Sequence record: MZ892903.1
Strand: one strand, 5' to 3'
Source: Escherichia phage ELT1
Length of the DNA: 64,000 nt
This document shows positions 28,860 to 47,201 of this stretch, piece by piece. The position numbers and the translations under genes were made by a program. The notes under the pieces are model-generated. The model did not search any database. It was not told where the DNA came from and saw only the letters and a list, made by a program, of their open reading frames with translations. Each line of letters begins with the position of its first letter. Within the stretch, counting starts at the first letter, position 1.

Positions 28860-29726
28860 ATGTTCATTCAAGAACCAAAGAAATTGATTGATACCGGCGA
28901 AATTGGTAACGCTTCTACTGGTGATATCTTATTCGACGGTGGTAATAAAATTAATAGTGATTTTAACGCAATTTATAATGCGTTTGGCGATCAGCGCAAA
29001 ATGGCAGTAGCAAATGGCACTGGAGCAAATGGCCAAATTATCCATGCTACTGGATATTATCAAAAGCACTCTATCACAGAGTACGCAACTCCAGTAAAAG
29101 TTGGCACTAGACATGATATTGATACCTCTACTGTAGGTGTTAAAGTTATCATTGAAAGAGGCGAACTTGGTGATTGCGTTGAATTTATTAACTCAAATGG
29201 ATCTATATCAGTTACTAATCCTTTAACGATTCAGGCTATTGATTCAATTAAAGGTGTTTCAGGTAATTTGGTAGTAACTAGTCCATATAGTAAAGTTACT
29301 TTACGTTGTATTTCATCTGATAATTCTACGTCAGTTTGGAATTATTCTATTGAAAGTATGTTTGGCCAAAAGGAATCACCGGCCGAAGGTACGTGGAATA
29401 TTTCTACATCTGGATCAGTTGACATTCCATTATTTCATCGTACTGAATACAATATGGCTAAATTGTTAGTTACATGCCAATCAGTAGATGGAAGAAAAAT
29501 TAAAACGGCAGAAATAAATATTCTTGTAGATACTGTTAATTCAGAGGTCATTTCTTCTGAATATGCTGTCATGCGAGTTGGGAATGAAACCGAAGAAGAC
29601 GAAATCGCTAATATTGCATTTAGTATTAAAGAAAATTACGTAACGGCGACTATAAGTTCTTCAACTGTCGGTATGAGAGCAGCAGTTAAAGTTATCGCTA
29701 CGCAGAAAATCGGGGTGGCTCAATAA
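28860..29726 (+). CDS. 9: baseplate wedge / long tail fiber socket gp9
   Basis: 288 aa; synteny. Confidence 0.9.
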   Translation: MFIQEPKKLIDTGEIGNASTGDILFDGGNKINSDFNAIYNAFGDQRKMAVANGTGANGQIIHATGYYQKHSITEYATPVKVGTRHDIDTSTVGVKVIIERGELGDCVEFINSNGSISVTNPLTIQAIDSIKGVSGNLVVTSPYSKVTLRCISSDNSTSVWNYSIESMFGQKESPAEGTWNISTSGSVDIPLFHRTEYNMAKLLVTCQSVDGRKIKTAEINILVDTVNSEVISSEYAVMRVGNETEEDEIANIAFSIKENYVTATISSSTVGMRAAVKVIATQKIGVAQ

Positions 29727-31531
29727 TGAAACAAAATATTAATATCGGTAATGTTGTTGATGATGGTACCGGTGACTACCTGCGTAAAGGTGGTATAAAA
29801 ATAAATGAAAACTTTGATGAACTTTATTATGAACTTGGTGATGGAGATGTTCCATATTCAGCCGGTGCCTGGAAAACTTATAATGCTTCATCTGGACAAA
29901 CACTAACGGCAGAATGGGGAAAATCATATGCCATTAACACTTCATCTGGAAGAGTAACTCTACAACTTCCTAAAGGAACTGTTAATGATTATAATAAAGT
30001 AATTAAAGCTAGGGATGTATTTGCAACATGGAATGTTAATCCAGTTACTCTAGTAGCCGCTTCTGGTGATACTATTAAAGGATCATCATCGTCAGTTGAA
30101 ATTAATATTCAATTTAGTGATTTAGAGCTCGTTTATTGCGCTCCAGGACGCTGGGAGTATGTCAAAAATAAGCAAATCGATAAAATTATCAGTTCAGACA
30201 TTAGTAATGTAGCTCGTAAAGAATTTTTAGTCGAAGTTCAAGGGCAAACAGACTTTTTAGATGTTTTCCGTGGAACTAGTTATAATGTCAATAACATCAG
30301 AGTAAAACATCGTGGTAACGAATTGTATTACGGTGATGTATTTAGTGAAAACAGTGACTTTGGCTCTCCGGGGGAAAATGAAGGAGAATTAATTCCTCTT
30401 GATGGATTTAATATTAGGTTAAGACAGCCTTGTAATATTGGCGACACTGTTCAAATTGAAACGTTTATGGATGGTGTATCACAATGGAGAAGTTCATATA
30501 CTAGACGCCAAATAAAAGTACTAGATTCAAAACTAACATCAAAGACTTCTTTAGAAGGAAGCATTTATGTTACTGATTTATCGGCGATGAAATCAATTCC
30601 ATTTTCAGCTTTTGGATTAATTCCTGGCGAACCCATTAATCCTAATTCTCTTGAGGTTCGTTTTAATGGAATTTTACAGCAACAGGCTGGAACAGCTGGA
30701 TATCCTCTGTTTTTGTGTGAAGGCGCTAATTCAGATACGCAAGCAGGATGTATATCTCTTGGTGGTGAATGGAAAGAATCGAACACAGATTATTCTATAG
30801 AATACGAAGATGGAAAACCTGTCAGTCTTTTATTTGATAGAAAATTTGAATCAGGAGATATAATCGTTATAACATGGTTCAATAATGATTTAGGAACTCT
30901 TTTAGAAAAAGATGACATCATTGAATTAACTGATGACCGTTATGTTAGTAAAGGATCATCTACTGAAGTTACTGGTGATGTAGCCTTAACAGATTTTGAT
31001 AAAATCGGTTGGCCAAATGTTGAAAAAGTTGATTCTTATACTAGAACGTATAATTCAATATCATCTATTTTCGACAGCATTTATCCTGTTGGTTCAATTT
31101 ATGAAAATGCTATAAACCCAAATAATCCGGTGACTTATATGGGATTTGGTTCATGGAAATTATTTGGTAAAGGACAAGTTTTAGTAGGATGGAATGATGA
31201 TGTTACAGATCCAAACTTTGCATTAAACAATAATGATTTAGATTCTAGCGGAAATCCTTCACATACCGCCGGTGGAACAGTTGGAACAACAACAGTGACA
31301 CTTGAAAACGCAAATCTTCCTGCGACTAAAACCGACGAAAGAGTTTTAATTGAAGACGAAAATGGATCGGTTATTATTGGAGGTTGCCAATATGACCCAG
31401 ATGAAACTGGTCCTATATATACAAAATATCGTGAAGACTACGCAACAACAAACTCTTCACATACTCCTCCTGCTAATATTAGTAATATTCAACCGTCTAT
31501 TACTGTATACCGTTGGATAAGGATTGCATAA
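29726..31531 (+). CDS. 10: baseplate wedge protein gp10
   Basis: 601 aa; synteny. Confidence 0.9.
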   Translation: MKQNINIGNVVDDGTGDYLRKGGIKINENFDELYYELGDGDVPYSAGAWKTYNASSGQTLTAEWGKSYAINTSSGRVTLQLPKGTVNDYNKVIKARDVFATWNVNPVTLVAASGDTIKGSSSSVEINIQFSDLELVYCAPGRWEYVKNKQIDKIISSDISNVARKEFLVEVQGQTDFLDVFRGTSYNVNNIRVKHRGNELYYGDVFSENSDFGSPGENEGELIPLDGFNIRLRQPCNIGDTVQIETFMDGVSQWRSSYTRRQIKVLDSKLTSKTSLEGSIYVTDLSAMKSIPFSAFGLIPGEPINPNSLEVRFNGILQQQAGTAGYPLFLCEGANSDTQAGCISLGGEWKESNTDYSIEYEDGKPVSLLFDRKFESGDIIVITWFNNDLGTLLEKDDIIELTDDRYVSKGSSTEVTGDVALTDFDKIGWPNVEKVDSYTRTYNSISSIFDSIYPVGSIYENAINPNNPVTYMGFGSWKLFGKGQVLVGWNDDVTDPNFALNNNDLDSSGNPSHTAGGTVGTTTVTLENANLPATKTDERVLIEDENGSVIIGGCQYDPDETGPIYTKYREDYATTNSSHTPPANISNIQPSITVYRWIRIA

Positions 31532-32190
31532 TGAGTTTACTTAATAATAAAGCGGGAGTTATTTCCCGCTTAGCAGATTTTCTTGGTTTTAGAACTAAGA
31601 AAAATGATATTTCGGTTATGAATAATCAGCCAGTAGGTGCTGTAACAATTTCACAAATAGCAAAAGGTTTTTATGACCCAAATGTAGAATCTGCTATCAA
31701 TGATGTTAGAAATATGGCAGAGCAACAGGTTGGAGCTGTATTAGTTAATATAAGTGGCGTATCTCCTACTGGCGTGCAGCAAACAGACTATTGGTCATTT
31801 GAAGGAACTGTTACTGATACTTCAGCCAAACCAGGTGACCCAGTTATTGTTAATATGTTTGGCATTCCTGTTAAAGCTACTAATGGAATGACTTCAATCG
31901 AATTTACCAGTGCCGTTAGAACAGCTCTGCAGGAAATGGTTGCAAAATTTATTGCAATTGATTCATTTGAAGACCATCCTACCATAGGAAATAAAATACA
32001 AGTTAAGTATTTAGATAACCAAGAACATATCTTAGAGCAATACTCTGATAAAGGAATTACTTTCAAACAAGAAATAATTTCTCCTTCTAAACCCGGGTAT
32101 GGAACTTGGCAATTATTAGGTGCGCAAACTGTTACGCTAGATAGTCACACACAACCTACAGTATTTTATTATTTTGAGAGAATAGCATGA
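31531..32190 (+). CDS. 11: baseplate wedge / short tail fiber attachment gp11
   Basis: ORF track start 31513; Met 31531 overlaps gp10 stop (TAATG) and gives 219 aa. Confidence 0.85.
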   Translation: MSLLNNKAGVISRLADFLGFRTKKNDISVMNNQPVGAVTISQIAKGFYDPNVESAINDVRNMAEQQVGAVLVNISGVSPTGVQQTDYWSFEGTVTDTSAKPGDPVIVNMFGIPVKATNGMTSIEFTSAVRTALQEMVAKFIAIDSFEDHPTIGNKIQVKYLDNQEHILEQYSDKGITFKQEIISPSKPGYGTWQLLGAQTVTLDSHTQPTVFYYFERIA

Positions 32191-33737
32191 GTAACAATAC
32201 ATATCAGCACGTATCAAATGAATCAAAATATGTTAAATTCGATCCCACTGGATCGAATTTTCCTGACACTGTCACGACAGTGCAGTCTGCATTATCAAAA
32301 ATAAGTAATATCGGTGTAAATGGTATTCCTGATGCAACTATGGAAGTTAAAGGAATAGCAATGATTGCGTCAGAGCAAGAGGTTTTAGATGGAACTAATA
32401 ATTCTAAAATCGTTACACCAGCTACATTAGCAACAAGATTATTGTATCCAAATGCTACTGAAACTAAGTATGGTTTAACGCGCTATTCAACAAATGAAGA
32501 AACATTAGAAGGCTCAGATAATAATTCATCAATAACGCCGCAAAAACTGAAATACCATACTGACGATGTGTTCAAAAATAGATATTCGTCTGAGTCATCA
32601 AACGGGGTTATTAAAATATCATCTACACCTGCAGCTTTAGCTGGAGTTGATGATACTACGGCAATGACTCCATTAAAAACGCAAAAACTTGCAATAAAAT
32701 TAATTTCACAAATAGCTCCTTCCGAAGATACTGCATCAGAATCTGTGAGAGGTGTAGTTCAATTATCTACTGTTGCACAAACTCGTCAAGGAACTCTCCG
32801 AGAAGGATATGCAATTTCCCCGTATACCTTTATGAATTCTGTTGCAACGCAAGAATATAAGGGTGTTATACGTCTAGGAACACAGACTGAAATTAATAAT
32901 AATTTGGGGGATGTTGCAGTAACAGGTGAAACACTAAACGGTCGAGGAGCTACCGGTTCTATGCGTGGGGTGGTAAAATTAACGACGCAAGCCGGTATTG
33001 CCCCTGAAGGTGATAGCTCTGGAGCATTAGCATGGAACGCAGATGTAATTAATACTCGTGGTGGACAAACTATTAATGGTTCTTTAAATTTAGACCATCT
33101 TACAGCAAACGGAATTTGGTCGCGCGGCGGAATGTGGAAAAATGGCGATCAACCTGTTGCCACTGAAAGATATGCGTCAGAAAGAGTTCCAGTTGGAACT
33201 ATTATGATGTTTGCGGGAGATTCGGCACCTCCGGGTTGGATTATGTGCCACGGTGGAACAGTGTCAGGAGATCAATATCCTGATTATAGAAACACAGTTG
33301 GAACAAGATTTGGTGGGGATTGGAATAATCCAGGGATTCCTGATATGCGAGGTCTTTTCGTCAGAGGAGCTGGCACAGGAGGTCATATTTTAAATCAACG
33401 AGGACAAGATGGTTATGGAAAGGATAGACTGGGCGTAGGATGTGACGGAATGCATGTTGGTGGTGTTCAGGCACAACAAATGTCATACCATAAACATGCT
33501 GGTGGTTGGGGTGAATATAACAGAAGTGAAGGCCCATTTGGCGCGTCAGTTTATCAAGGATATCTTGGAACTAGAAAATATTCCGACTGGGATAATGCTT
33601 CATACTTCACTAATGATGGATTTGAATTGGGTGGACCGAGAGATGCCCTTGGTACACTTAATCGTGAAGGATTAATTGGTTATGAAACTAGACCATGGAA
33701 TATATCATTAAACTATATTATTAAAATTCATTACTAA
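32187..33737 (+). CDS. 12: short tail fiber gp12
   Basis: 516 aa; synteny. Confidence 0.9.
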   Translation: MSNNTYQHVSNESKYVKFDPTGSNFPDTVTTVQSALSKISNIGVNGIPDATMEVKGIAMIASEQEVLDGTNNSKIVTPATLATRLLYPNATETKYGLTRYSTNEETLEGSDNNSSITPQKLKYHTDDVFKNRYSSESSNGVIKISSTPAALAGVDDTTAMTPLKTQKLAIKLISQIAPSEDTASESVRGVVQLSTVAQTRQGTLREGYAISPYTFMNSVATQEYKGVIRLGTQTEINNNLGDVAVTGETLNGRGATGSMRGVVKLTTQAGIAPEGDSSGALAWNADVINTRGGQTINGSLNLDHLTANGIWSRGGMWKNGDQPVATERYASERVPVGTIMMFAGDSAPPGWIMCHGGTVSGDQYPDYRNTVGTRFGGDWNNPGIPDMRGLFVRGAGTGGHILNQRGQDGYGKDRLGVGCDGMHVGGVQAQQMSYHKHAGGWGEYNRSEGPFGASVYQGYLGTRKYSDWDNASYFTNDGFELGGPRDALGTLNREGLIGYETRPWNISLNYIIKIHY

Positions 33738-33746
33738 GGATTACAA

Positions 33747-35204
33747 ATGATTGAATTAAAAGAGTTACCTTTTGTTGATAGCGTTCCTGGCGAAGGCCAG
33801 GAACGTATTTCATGGATTAAAAACGGTGAAGAAATATTAGGAGCTAGTACTAAGTATGGAAACGATGGATCAATGAATAGACCAACTGTTTCCCTGTTTA
33901 AAAATGTTGAGGTTCTTGACGAAAATATAGGAATTCTTAAAACAGCATTAGAAACATCCCAGGAAGATATTAAAACCATTCAGGGTATCTTAGATGTATC
34001 TGGTGATATAGAAGCTTTATCGCAAATAAGTATCAATAAAAAGGATATCACTGATCTTAAAACGCTTACGAGTGAACATACCGAAATATTAAATGGAACT
34101 AATAATACTGTCGATAGCATTCTTGCTGACATTGGTCCATTTAATTCGCAAGCAAATTCAGTTTATAGAACGATTAGAAATGATTTGTTATGGATTAAAA
34201 GGGAATTAGGACAATATGCTGGGCAAGACATTAACGGTCTTCCTGTTGTAGGAAATAGCAGCACGGGTATGAAGCACCGCATCATTAATAATACAGATGC
34301 TATAACTTCCCAAGGAATACGTCTAAGTGATTTGGAAGAAAAATTTATTGAATCTGATGTAGGTTCACTGACAATTGAAGTCGGAAATCTTAGACAAGAA
34401 CTTGGACAAAGACCATCTTCATTCAGTGAAAGCATATATTCACGTGTTCATAATTTAGATCAATCGCAGATTAATCTTAGTTCCGAAATTAAATCTATCA
34501 AAACTTCTATTGGATATCCAGGAAATACTTCAATAATCACAGATGTTAACACTAATACACGAGAAGTTTCAGCTTTAAATGATGAACTAAATAAAAGCGG
34601 AGGTATTAAACAACGATTGACTGTCATTGAAACGTCAATTGGCTCAGATGATATTCCTTCTAGTATTAAAGGTAGAATTAAAGATAATACCACATCAATT
34701 GAGTTTTTAAATGGAATTGTTGGTGAAAACACTTCATCTGGACTACGAGCAAACGTTTCATGGCTAAACCAAATCGTTGGAACTGATTCTAGTGGAGGTC
34801 AGCCTTCTCCTCCTGGGTCTCTTTTAAATAGGGTTTCAACAGTTGAAACTTCAGTTAATAGACTGAACAATGATGTTCAAAACTTACAAGTTGAAATTGG
34901 TAATAACACTGCTGGAATTAAAGGCCAAGTTGTTGCACTAAATAAACTAGTAAGCGGCACAAATCCAAATGGTTCAACAGTAGAAGAGCGCGGATTAACT
35001 AATTCAATAAAGGCTAATGAAACTAACATTTCTTCTATTAATCAAGAAATGCGTAGTATTAAAAGTAATGTATCTTCATTACAGGGGGATGTTCAGACTT
35101 TACAGGAAGCAGGTTATATTCCTGAAGCTCCAAAGGATGGTCAAGCTTACGTTCGTAAAGACGGCGAATGGGTATTACTTTCTACCTTTTTATCACCAGC
35201 ATAA
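33747..35204 (+). CDS. wac: fibritin (whisker antigen control)
   Basis: 485 aa; long coiled-coil repeats. Confidence 0.9.
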   Translation: MIELKELPFVDSVPGEGQERISWIKNGEEILGASTKYGNDGSMNRPTVSLFKNVEVLDENIGILKTALETSQEDIKTIQGILDVSGDIEALSQISINKKDITDLKTLTSEHTEILNGTNNTVDSILADIGPFNSQANSVYRTIRNDLLWIKRELGQYAGQDINGLPVVGNSSTGMKHRIINNTDAITSQGIRLSDLEEKFIESDVGSLTIEVGNLRQELGQRPSSFSESIYSRVHNLDQSQINLSSEIKSIKTSIGYPGNTSIITDVNTNTREVSALNDELNKSGGIKQRLTVIETSIGSDDIPSSIKGRIKDNTTSIEFLNGIVGENTSSGLRANVSWLNQIVGTDSSGGQPSPPGSLLNRVSTVETSVNRLNNDVQNLQVEIGNNTAGIKGQVVALNKLVSGTNPNGSTVEERGLTNSIKANETNISSINQEMRSIKSNVSSLQGDVQTLQEAGYIPEAPKDGQAYVRKDGEWVLLSTFLSPA

Positions 35205-35235
35205 CATGGGGCCGCAAGGCCCCAAAGGATTTTAA

Positions 35236-36937
<1,702 letters not shown>

Positions 36938-36978
36938 TAAATATTATAAACTAATTAAAGCCCAGATTAGGAGAAATC

Positions 36979-40119
<3,141 letters not shown>

Positions 40120-40147
40120 TATTAAAGCATATTAAAGAGGATTAAAA

Positions 40148-42127
40148 ATGACTTTATTATCTCCGGGCATTGAGCTCAAAGAAACTACGGTTCAAAGCAC
40201 CGTGGTTAATAACTCTACTGGTACAGCAGCTTTGGCCGGTAAATTCCAGTGGGGTCCTGCTTTTCAGATTAAACAGGTTACAAACGAAGTAGATTTAGTT
40301 AATACTTTTGGTCAACCTACAGCTGAAACTGCTGACTATTTTATGTCTGCAATGAATTTCTTACAATATGGAAATGATTTGCGAGTTGTGCGCGCTGTCG
40401 ATAGAGATACCGCTAAAAACTCATCTCCGATTGCTGGTAATATTGAATACACAATTTCTACCCCAGGTAGTAACTACGCGGTTGGAGATAAAATCACGGT
40501 CAAATATGTTTCAGAAGATGTTGAAACAGAAGGTAAAATTACCGAAGTAGATGCTGATGGAAAAATTAAGAAAATTAATATTCCTACTGCAAAAATTATT
40601 GCTAAAGCTAAAGAAGTTGGCGAATACCCAACATTAGGTTCTAACTGGACTGCAGAAATTTCTTCATCTTCTTCCGGTTTAGCTGCAGTAATAACTCTTG
40701 GAAAAATTATTACTGATTCCGGTATTTTATTAGCTGAAATCGAGAGCGCTGAAACTGCTATGACAGCAGTTGATTTTCAGGCAAATCTTGAAAAATATGG
40801 AATTCCAGGAGTAGTAGCTCTCTATCCAGGCGAATTAGGCGATAAAATTGAAATTGAAATCGTATCTAAAGCTGACTATGCGAAAGGCGCTTCTGCATTA
40901 CTGCCAATTTATCCAGGTGGTGGTACTCGTGCATCTACTGCCAAGGCAGTATTTGGATATGGGCCGCAGACTGACTCACAGTACGCTATTATAGTTCGTC
41001 GAAATGATGCTATTGTTCAAAGCGTTGTTCTTTCAACTAAGCGTGGTGAAAAAGATATTTACGATAGTAACATCTATATCGATGACTTTTTCGCAAAAGG
41101 TGGTTCAGAATATATTTTTGCAACTGCACAAAACTGGCCAGAAGGATTCTCTGGAATTTTAACTCTTTCTGGTGGATTATCATCAAATGCTGAAGTATCA
41201 GCAGGAGATTTGATGGAAGCTTGGGACTTCTTTGCTGACCGTGAATCCGTTGATGTTCAACTGTTTATTGCGGGTTCTTGTGCCGGTGAATCTTTAGAAA
41301 CAGCATCTACTGTCCAAAAACACGTCGTTTCAATTGGAGATGCTCGCCAAGATTGCTTAGTATTGTGCTCACCACCGCGTGAAACTGTTGTTGGAATTCC
41401 TGTAACTCGTGCAGTAGATAATTTAGTTAACTGGAGAACTGCGGCAGGTTCATATACTGATAATAACTTTAATATTAGTTCAACCTACGCAGCAATTGAT
41501 GGTAACTACAAATATCAGTATGACAAATATAATGATGTAAATCGTTGGGTTCCATTAGCAGCTGACATTGCTGGTTTATGCGCGAGAACTGATAACGTTT
41601 CTCAGACTTGGATGTCTCCAGCTGGTTATAATCGTGGTCAGATTCTTAACGTTATTAAACTTGCTATTGAAACTCGCCAGGCGCAGCGCGACCGTTTATA
41701 TCAAGAAGCTATCAACCCAGTAACTGGTACAGGTGGTGATGGTTATGTATTGTATGGTGATAAAACAGCTACTTCTGTTCCTTCTCCATTTGATCGTATT
41801 AACGTTCGTCGTCTGTTTAATATGTTGAAAACGAATATCGGACGTAGTTCAAAATATCGTTTGTTCGAATTAAACAACACGTTTACTCGTTCATCATTCC
41901 GCACAGAAACTTCCCAGTACTTGCAGGGAATTAAAGCTCTCGGTGGAATTTATGAATATCGTGTAGTTTGCGATACAACAAATAACACTCCATCAGTAAT
42001 TGATAGAAATGAGTTTGTTGCAACATTCTACATTCAACCGGCGCGCAGTATAAATTATATTACTTTGAATTTCGTCGCAACTGCTACTGGTGCAGACTTC
42101 GATGAGTTAACTGGTCTTGCAGGTTAA
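40148..42127 (+). CDS. 18: tail sheath protein gp18
   Basis: 659 aa; synteny. Confidence 0.95.
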   Translation: MTLLSPGIELKETTVQSTVVNNSTGTAALAGKFQWGPAFQIKQVTNEVDLVNTFGQPTAETADYFMSAMNFLQYGNDLRVVRAVDRDTAKNSSPIAGNIEYTISTPGSNYAVGDKITVKYVSEDVETEGKITEVDADGKIKKINIPTAKIIAKAKEVGEYPTLGSNWTAEISSSSSGLAAVITLGKIITDSGILLAEIESAETAMTAVDFQANLEKYGIPGVVALYPGELGDKIEIEIVSKADYAKGASALLPIYPGGGTRASTAKAVFGYGPQTDSQYAIIVRRNDAIVQSVVLSTKRGEKDIYDSNIYIDDFFAKGGSEYIFATAQNWPEGFSGILTLSGGLSSNAEVSAGDLMEAWDFFADRESVDVQLFIAGSCAGESLETASTVQKHVVSIGDARQDCLVLCSPPRETVVGIPVTRAVDNLVNWRTAAGSYTDNNFNISSTYAAIDGNYKYQYDKYNDVNRWVPLAADIAGLCARTDNVSQTWMSPAGYNRGQILNVIKLAIETRQAQRDRLYQEAINPVTGTGGDGYVLYGDKTATSVPSPFDRINVRRLFNMLKTNIGRSSKYRLFELNNTFTRSSFRTETSQYLQGIKALGGIYEYRVVCDTTNNTPSVIDRNEFVATFYIQPARSINYITLNFVATATGADFDELTGLAG

Positions 42128-42165
42128 TTGATTATGGGGCTTCGGCCCCTATTCTCGAGGAAACA

Positions 42166-42784
42166 AGTGATTATTTCTAAGTTTGTTAAAGTGAAAATTG
42201 TACCATCAAATTTTAAACATTATCAATCAAAGGGTTATAAATTAACACCTCTTGGAGCGGTTAAACATGGATTTAGGTATTATGAAATTGATGTTAAAGT
42301 TGAAGACATTAAAGGTAGTACCGCGTATGTAAAATGCCGTTGCGATAAATGTGGAATTGAATATAACCAACGCATTGGAAGAAACACTGATATTTGTCGT
42401 GATTGCCGTCATAAAGATAAAATGCGCAATAATTCATATGGTTCCGCGAATAAAGGAAAAACAGTAGAATGTATGCATGGCGTAAATCATCCAAGATGGA
42501 ACCCAAATAAATCTGAAATGCGTGAATATATTTCATTGGTATATAAAGAAACTCGTAAGCATAAGAAAATTTGGTCAAAATGGCCAAATGCTGATAAAAT
42601 AGGAGTGTGCGGTACAAAAGGTGCTTACCAACTTGATCATAAGGTATCTATCAAATACGGTTTTGATAATTTAATTCCTGCTGAAATAATTGGCGGTATT
42701 AATAATTTAGAAATAATCACTTGGGAATCTAACCGAGAAAAGTCAAAAAGAAATAGTGTAGATCTTTGGGATTTACTAGAATGA
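42166..42784 (+). CDS. freestanding HNH endonuclease with CxxC zinc-binding pairs
   Basis: ORF track 42128..42784; first codons overlap a GGGGC-UUCG-GCCCC hairpin, so GTG 42166 (RBS AGGA) is the likelier start; C-terminal HNH-like ...YQLDHKVSIKYGFDNLIP...NNLEIITWESNREK; CRCDKCG...CRDCRH. Confidence 0.7.
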
Positions 42785-42810
42785 TTCTAAAGGCCTGTTT
42801 CGGCAGGCCA

Positions 42811-42877
42811 TATAAATACACTATATCCTTAATTCTTTAATTCTATATGCCCTAGGTTAAACATAGGGATATAAATA
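42811..42877 (+). promoter_or_regulatory. two T4 late promoters TATAAATA upstream of gene 19
   Basis: Exact TATAAATA at 42811-42818 and 42870-42877. Confidence 0.55.
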
Positions 42878-42891
42878 CTACAGAGGCTAAT

Positions 42892-43383
42892 ATGTTTGTA
42901 GATGATGTAACACGAGCGTTTGAATCTGGTGATTTTGCTCGACCTAACTTATTCCAAGTAGAAATTTCTTATCTTGGACAAAATTTTACGTTTCAATGTA
43001 AAGCCACTGCTTTACCAGCTGGTATTGTAGAAAAAATTCCAGTCGGATTTATGAACCGTAAAATTAACGTAGCAGGCGATCGTACATTCGATGACTGGAC
43101 TGTTACAGTAATGAACGATGAGGCACATGATGCTCGCCAGAAGTTTGTTGATTGGCAAAGCATTGCTGCTGGGCAAGGGAACGAAATTACTGGTGGAAAA
43201 CCAGCAGAGTATAAAAAGAGCGCTGTTGTTCGCCAATATGCTCGTGACGCTAAAACTGTAACAAAAGAAGTCGAAATTAAAGGTCTGTGGCCTACTAACG
43301 TGGGTGAACTTCAATTAGATTGGGATTCAAACAATGAAATCCAAACGTTTGAAGTAACTCTCGCTCTCGATTATTGGGAATAA
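42892..43383 (+). CDS. 19: tail tube protein gp19
   Basis: 163 aa; synteny. Confidence 0.95.
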   Translation: MFVDDVTRAFESGDFARPNLFQVEISYLGQNFTFQCKATALPAGIVEKIPVGFMNRKINVAGDRTFDDWTVTVMNDEAHDARQKFVDWQSIAAGQGNEITGGKPAEYKKSAVVRQYARDAKTVTKEVEIKGLWPTNVGELQLDWDSNNEIQTFEVTLALDYWE

Positions 43384-43415
43384 AATGAATGGGGAGAAAT
43401 CCCCATCCTGCTTAA

Positions 43416-45040
<1,625 letters not shown>

Positions 45041-45041
<1 letters not shown>

Positions 45042-45280
45042 TGGAAGGTTTAATTGAAGCTATTAAATCAAACGACCTCGTAGCCGCTCGTAAATTATTT
45101 GCTGAAGCCATGGCTGCAAGAACGACTGATTTAATTAAAGAAGAAAAAATCGCTATCGCTCGTAATTTCTTAATCGAAGGTGAAGAACCTGATGACGAGG
45201 ATGATGACGAAGACGAAGATAGTGATGATAAAGACGACAAAAAAGACAAAGACTCTGACGAAGACGAGGATGATGAATAA
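45041..45280 (+). CDS. 67: prohead core protein gp67 (poly-acidic C-terminus)
   Basis: 79 aa; C-terminal D/E-rich tail. Confidence 0.8.
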
Positions 45281-45705
45281 TGCTTCTGATCCCTGAAACT
45301 CATGAATTAGTTCTCGAGAATGTCGAAGCACTTATTCCTGAAGCACAGGGTCGCTTTGACGAATTGTCTTCTGCTTTAAATAAAGACGATATAAATACAA
45401 TTGTCGAGAATATGCTTGATGATGAAACTGATTTAGCGGTTGCATTAGCTTCTATTAATGAAAATATGCCGTTAAATGAATTTATCGTTAAACATGTTTC
45501 TGCCCGTGGTGAAATTACTCGCACTAAAGATCGCAAAACCCGCGAACGTAATGCATTTCAAACTACCGGGTTGTCTAAAGCAAAACGTAGACAAATTGCT
45601 CGTAAAGCTACCAAAACGAAGATTGCCAATCCAGCAGGTCAATCTCGTGCTCAGCGTAAGCGTAAAAAAGCTCTTAAACGCCGTAAAGCATTAGGATTAA
45701 GCTAA
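45280..45705 (+). CDS. 68: prohead core protein gp68
   Basis: 141 aa; synteny. Confidence 0.8.
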
Positions 45706-46343
45706 TGAATGAACCCCAATTACTAATTGAAACTTGGGGTCAACCTGGCGAAATTATTGATGGCGTACCAATGCTTGAATCTCATGATGGAAAAGACTTA
45801 GGTTTAAAACCGGGTTTATACATCGAAGGAATATTCATGCAAGCGGAAGTCGTCAATAGAAATAAACGTCTTTATCCAAAACGTATATTAGAAAAAGCGG
45901 TAAAAGACTATATTAATGAGCAAGTTTTAACTAAACAAGCTCTCGGAGAATTAAATCATCCTCCACGCGCTAATGTTGACCCGATGCAAGCCGCTATCAT
46001 TATAGAAGATATGTGGTGGAAAGGAAATGACGTATACGGACGAGCTCGTGTTATTGAAGGTGACCACGGTCCTGGAGATAAATTAGCAGCTAATATTCGT
46101 GCCGGATGGATTCCAGGAGTTTCTTCTCGTGGATTAGGTTCATTGACTGACACAAATAAAGGTTATCGTATCGTAAACGAAGGATTCAAATTAACTGTAG
46201 GTGTTGATGCAGTATGGGGTCCAAGTGCTCCAGATGCATGGGTAACTCCTAAGGAAATTACAGAATCACAGACGGCGGAAGCCGATACAAGTGCCGATGA
46301 CGCCTATATGGCTCTCGCAGAGGCCATGAAAAAAGCGTTATAA
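45705..46343 (+). CDS. 21: prohead core protease gp21
   Basis: 212 aa; synteny. Confidence 0.9.
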   Translation: MNEPQLLIETWGQPGEIIDGVPMLESHDGKDLGLKPGLYIEGIFMQAEVVNRNKRLYPKRILEKAVKDYINEQVLTKQALGELNHPPRANVDPMQAAIIIEDMWWKGNDVYGRARVIEGDHGPGDKLAANIRAGWIPGVSSRGLGSLTDTNKGYRIVNEGFKLTVGVDAVWGPSAPDAWVTPKEITESQTAEADTSADDAYMALAEAMKKAL

Positions 46344-46346
46344 ATA
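46339..46346 (+). promoter_or_regulatory. T4 late promoter TATAAATA (gene 22)
   Basis: Exact TATAAATA upstream of gene 22. Confidence 0.6.
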
Positions 46347-46373
46347 TTATTATCTAAACAACAGGACTACAAA

Positions 46374-47183
46374 ATGCTTAAAGAACAACTGATTGCCGAA
46401 GCGCAGAAAATTGATGCTTCCGTTGCTCTTGATAGTATTTTCGAATCAGTTAATATTTCTCCGGAAGCAAAAGAAACTTTCGGCACTGTATTCGAAGCTA
46501 CCGTCAAGCAGCACGCCGTTAAATTAGCTGAATCTCATATCGCTAAAATTGCTGAAAAAGCAGAAGAAGAAGTAGAAAAAAATAAAGAAGAAGCAGAAGA
46601 AAAAGCTGAGAAGAAAATCGCTGAGCAAGCTTCTAAATTCCTTGACCATCTTGCAAAAGAATGGCTCACTGAAAATAAATTAGCAGTAGATAAAGGTATC
46701 AAAGCCGAACTGTTTGAATCCATGCTTGGTGGATTGAAAGAGCTCTTCGTTGAACACAACGTTGTTGTTCCAGAAGAATCAGTTGATGTTGTAGCTGAAA
46801 TGGAAGAAGAACTGCAAGAACATAAAGAAGAATCAGCTCGTCTGTTCGAAGAACTCAATAAGCGTGACGCATATATCAATTATGTGCAGCGTGAAGTGGC
46901 ATTGAGCGAAAGTACTAAAGATCTGACTGAGTCTCAAAAAGAAAAAGTCTCTGCTCTGGTCGAAGGTATGGATTATTCAGATGCATTCTCAAGTAAATTG
47001 AGTGCAATCGTAGAAATGGTGAAGAAATCTAATAAAGATGAAAGCACTATTACTGAGAGTATAAATACTCCTGATACTGAAGCAGCCGGACTGAATTTCG
47101 TCACTGAAGCTGTAGAAGATAAATCTGCACAAGGTGCAGAAGATATTGTAAGTGTATATGCGAAAGTCGCATCTCGTTTCTAA
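46374..47183 (+). CDS. 22: prohead core scaffold protein gp22
   Basis: 269 aa, acidic coiled-coil. Confidence 0.9.
   Translation: MLKEQLIAEAQKIDASVALDSIFESVNISPEAKETFGTVFEATVKQHAVKLAESHIAKIAEKAEEEVEKNKEEAEEKAEKKIAEQASKFLDHLAKEWLTENKLAVDKGIKAELFESMLGGLKELFVEHNVVVPEESVDVVAEMEEELQEHKEESARLFEELNKRDAYINYVQREVALSESTKDLTESQKEKVSALVEGMDYSDAFSSKLSAIVEMVKKSNKDESTITESINTPDTEAAGLNFVTEAVEDKSAQGAEDIVSVYAKVASRF
47060..47067 (+). promoter_or_regulatory. T4 late promoter TATAAATA inside 3' end of gene 22 (gene 23 promoter)
   Basis: Exact TATAAATA about 135 nt upstream of gene 23 ATG. Confidence 0.55.
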
Positions 47184-47201
47184 TTTTAAAGGTTAACACA
47201 A

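Noticed and set aside
33211-33675. Short plus-strand alternative-frame ORFs inside gene 12
   Set aside because: Nested in a conserved structural gene in a different frame; no independent support
35208-35223. Terminator after wac (GGGGCC-GCAA-GGCCCC)
   Set aside because: Stable GNRA hairpin but not followed by a U-tract; may be an RNA stability element, so not annotated as a terminator
36940-36960. Late promoter for gene 15 (TAATAAATATTATAAAC)
   Set aside because: No exact TATAAATA; only near matches, so not called as a feature
42309-42617. Minus-strand 102-aa ORF inside the HNH gene
   Set aside because: Antisense AT-rich frame with no start context; the sense frame carries the HNH and CxxC motifs
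46535-46879. Ser/Ala-rich antisense ORF inside gene 22
   Set aside because: Antisense to the Glu/Lys-rich scaffold gene; repetitive composition artefact
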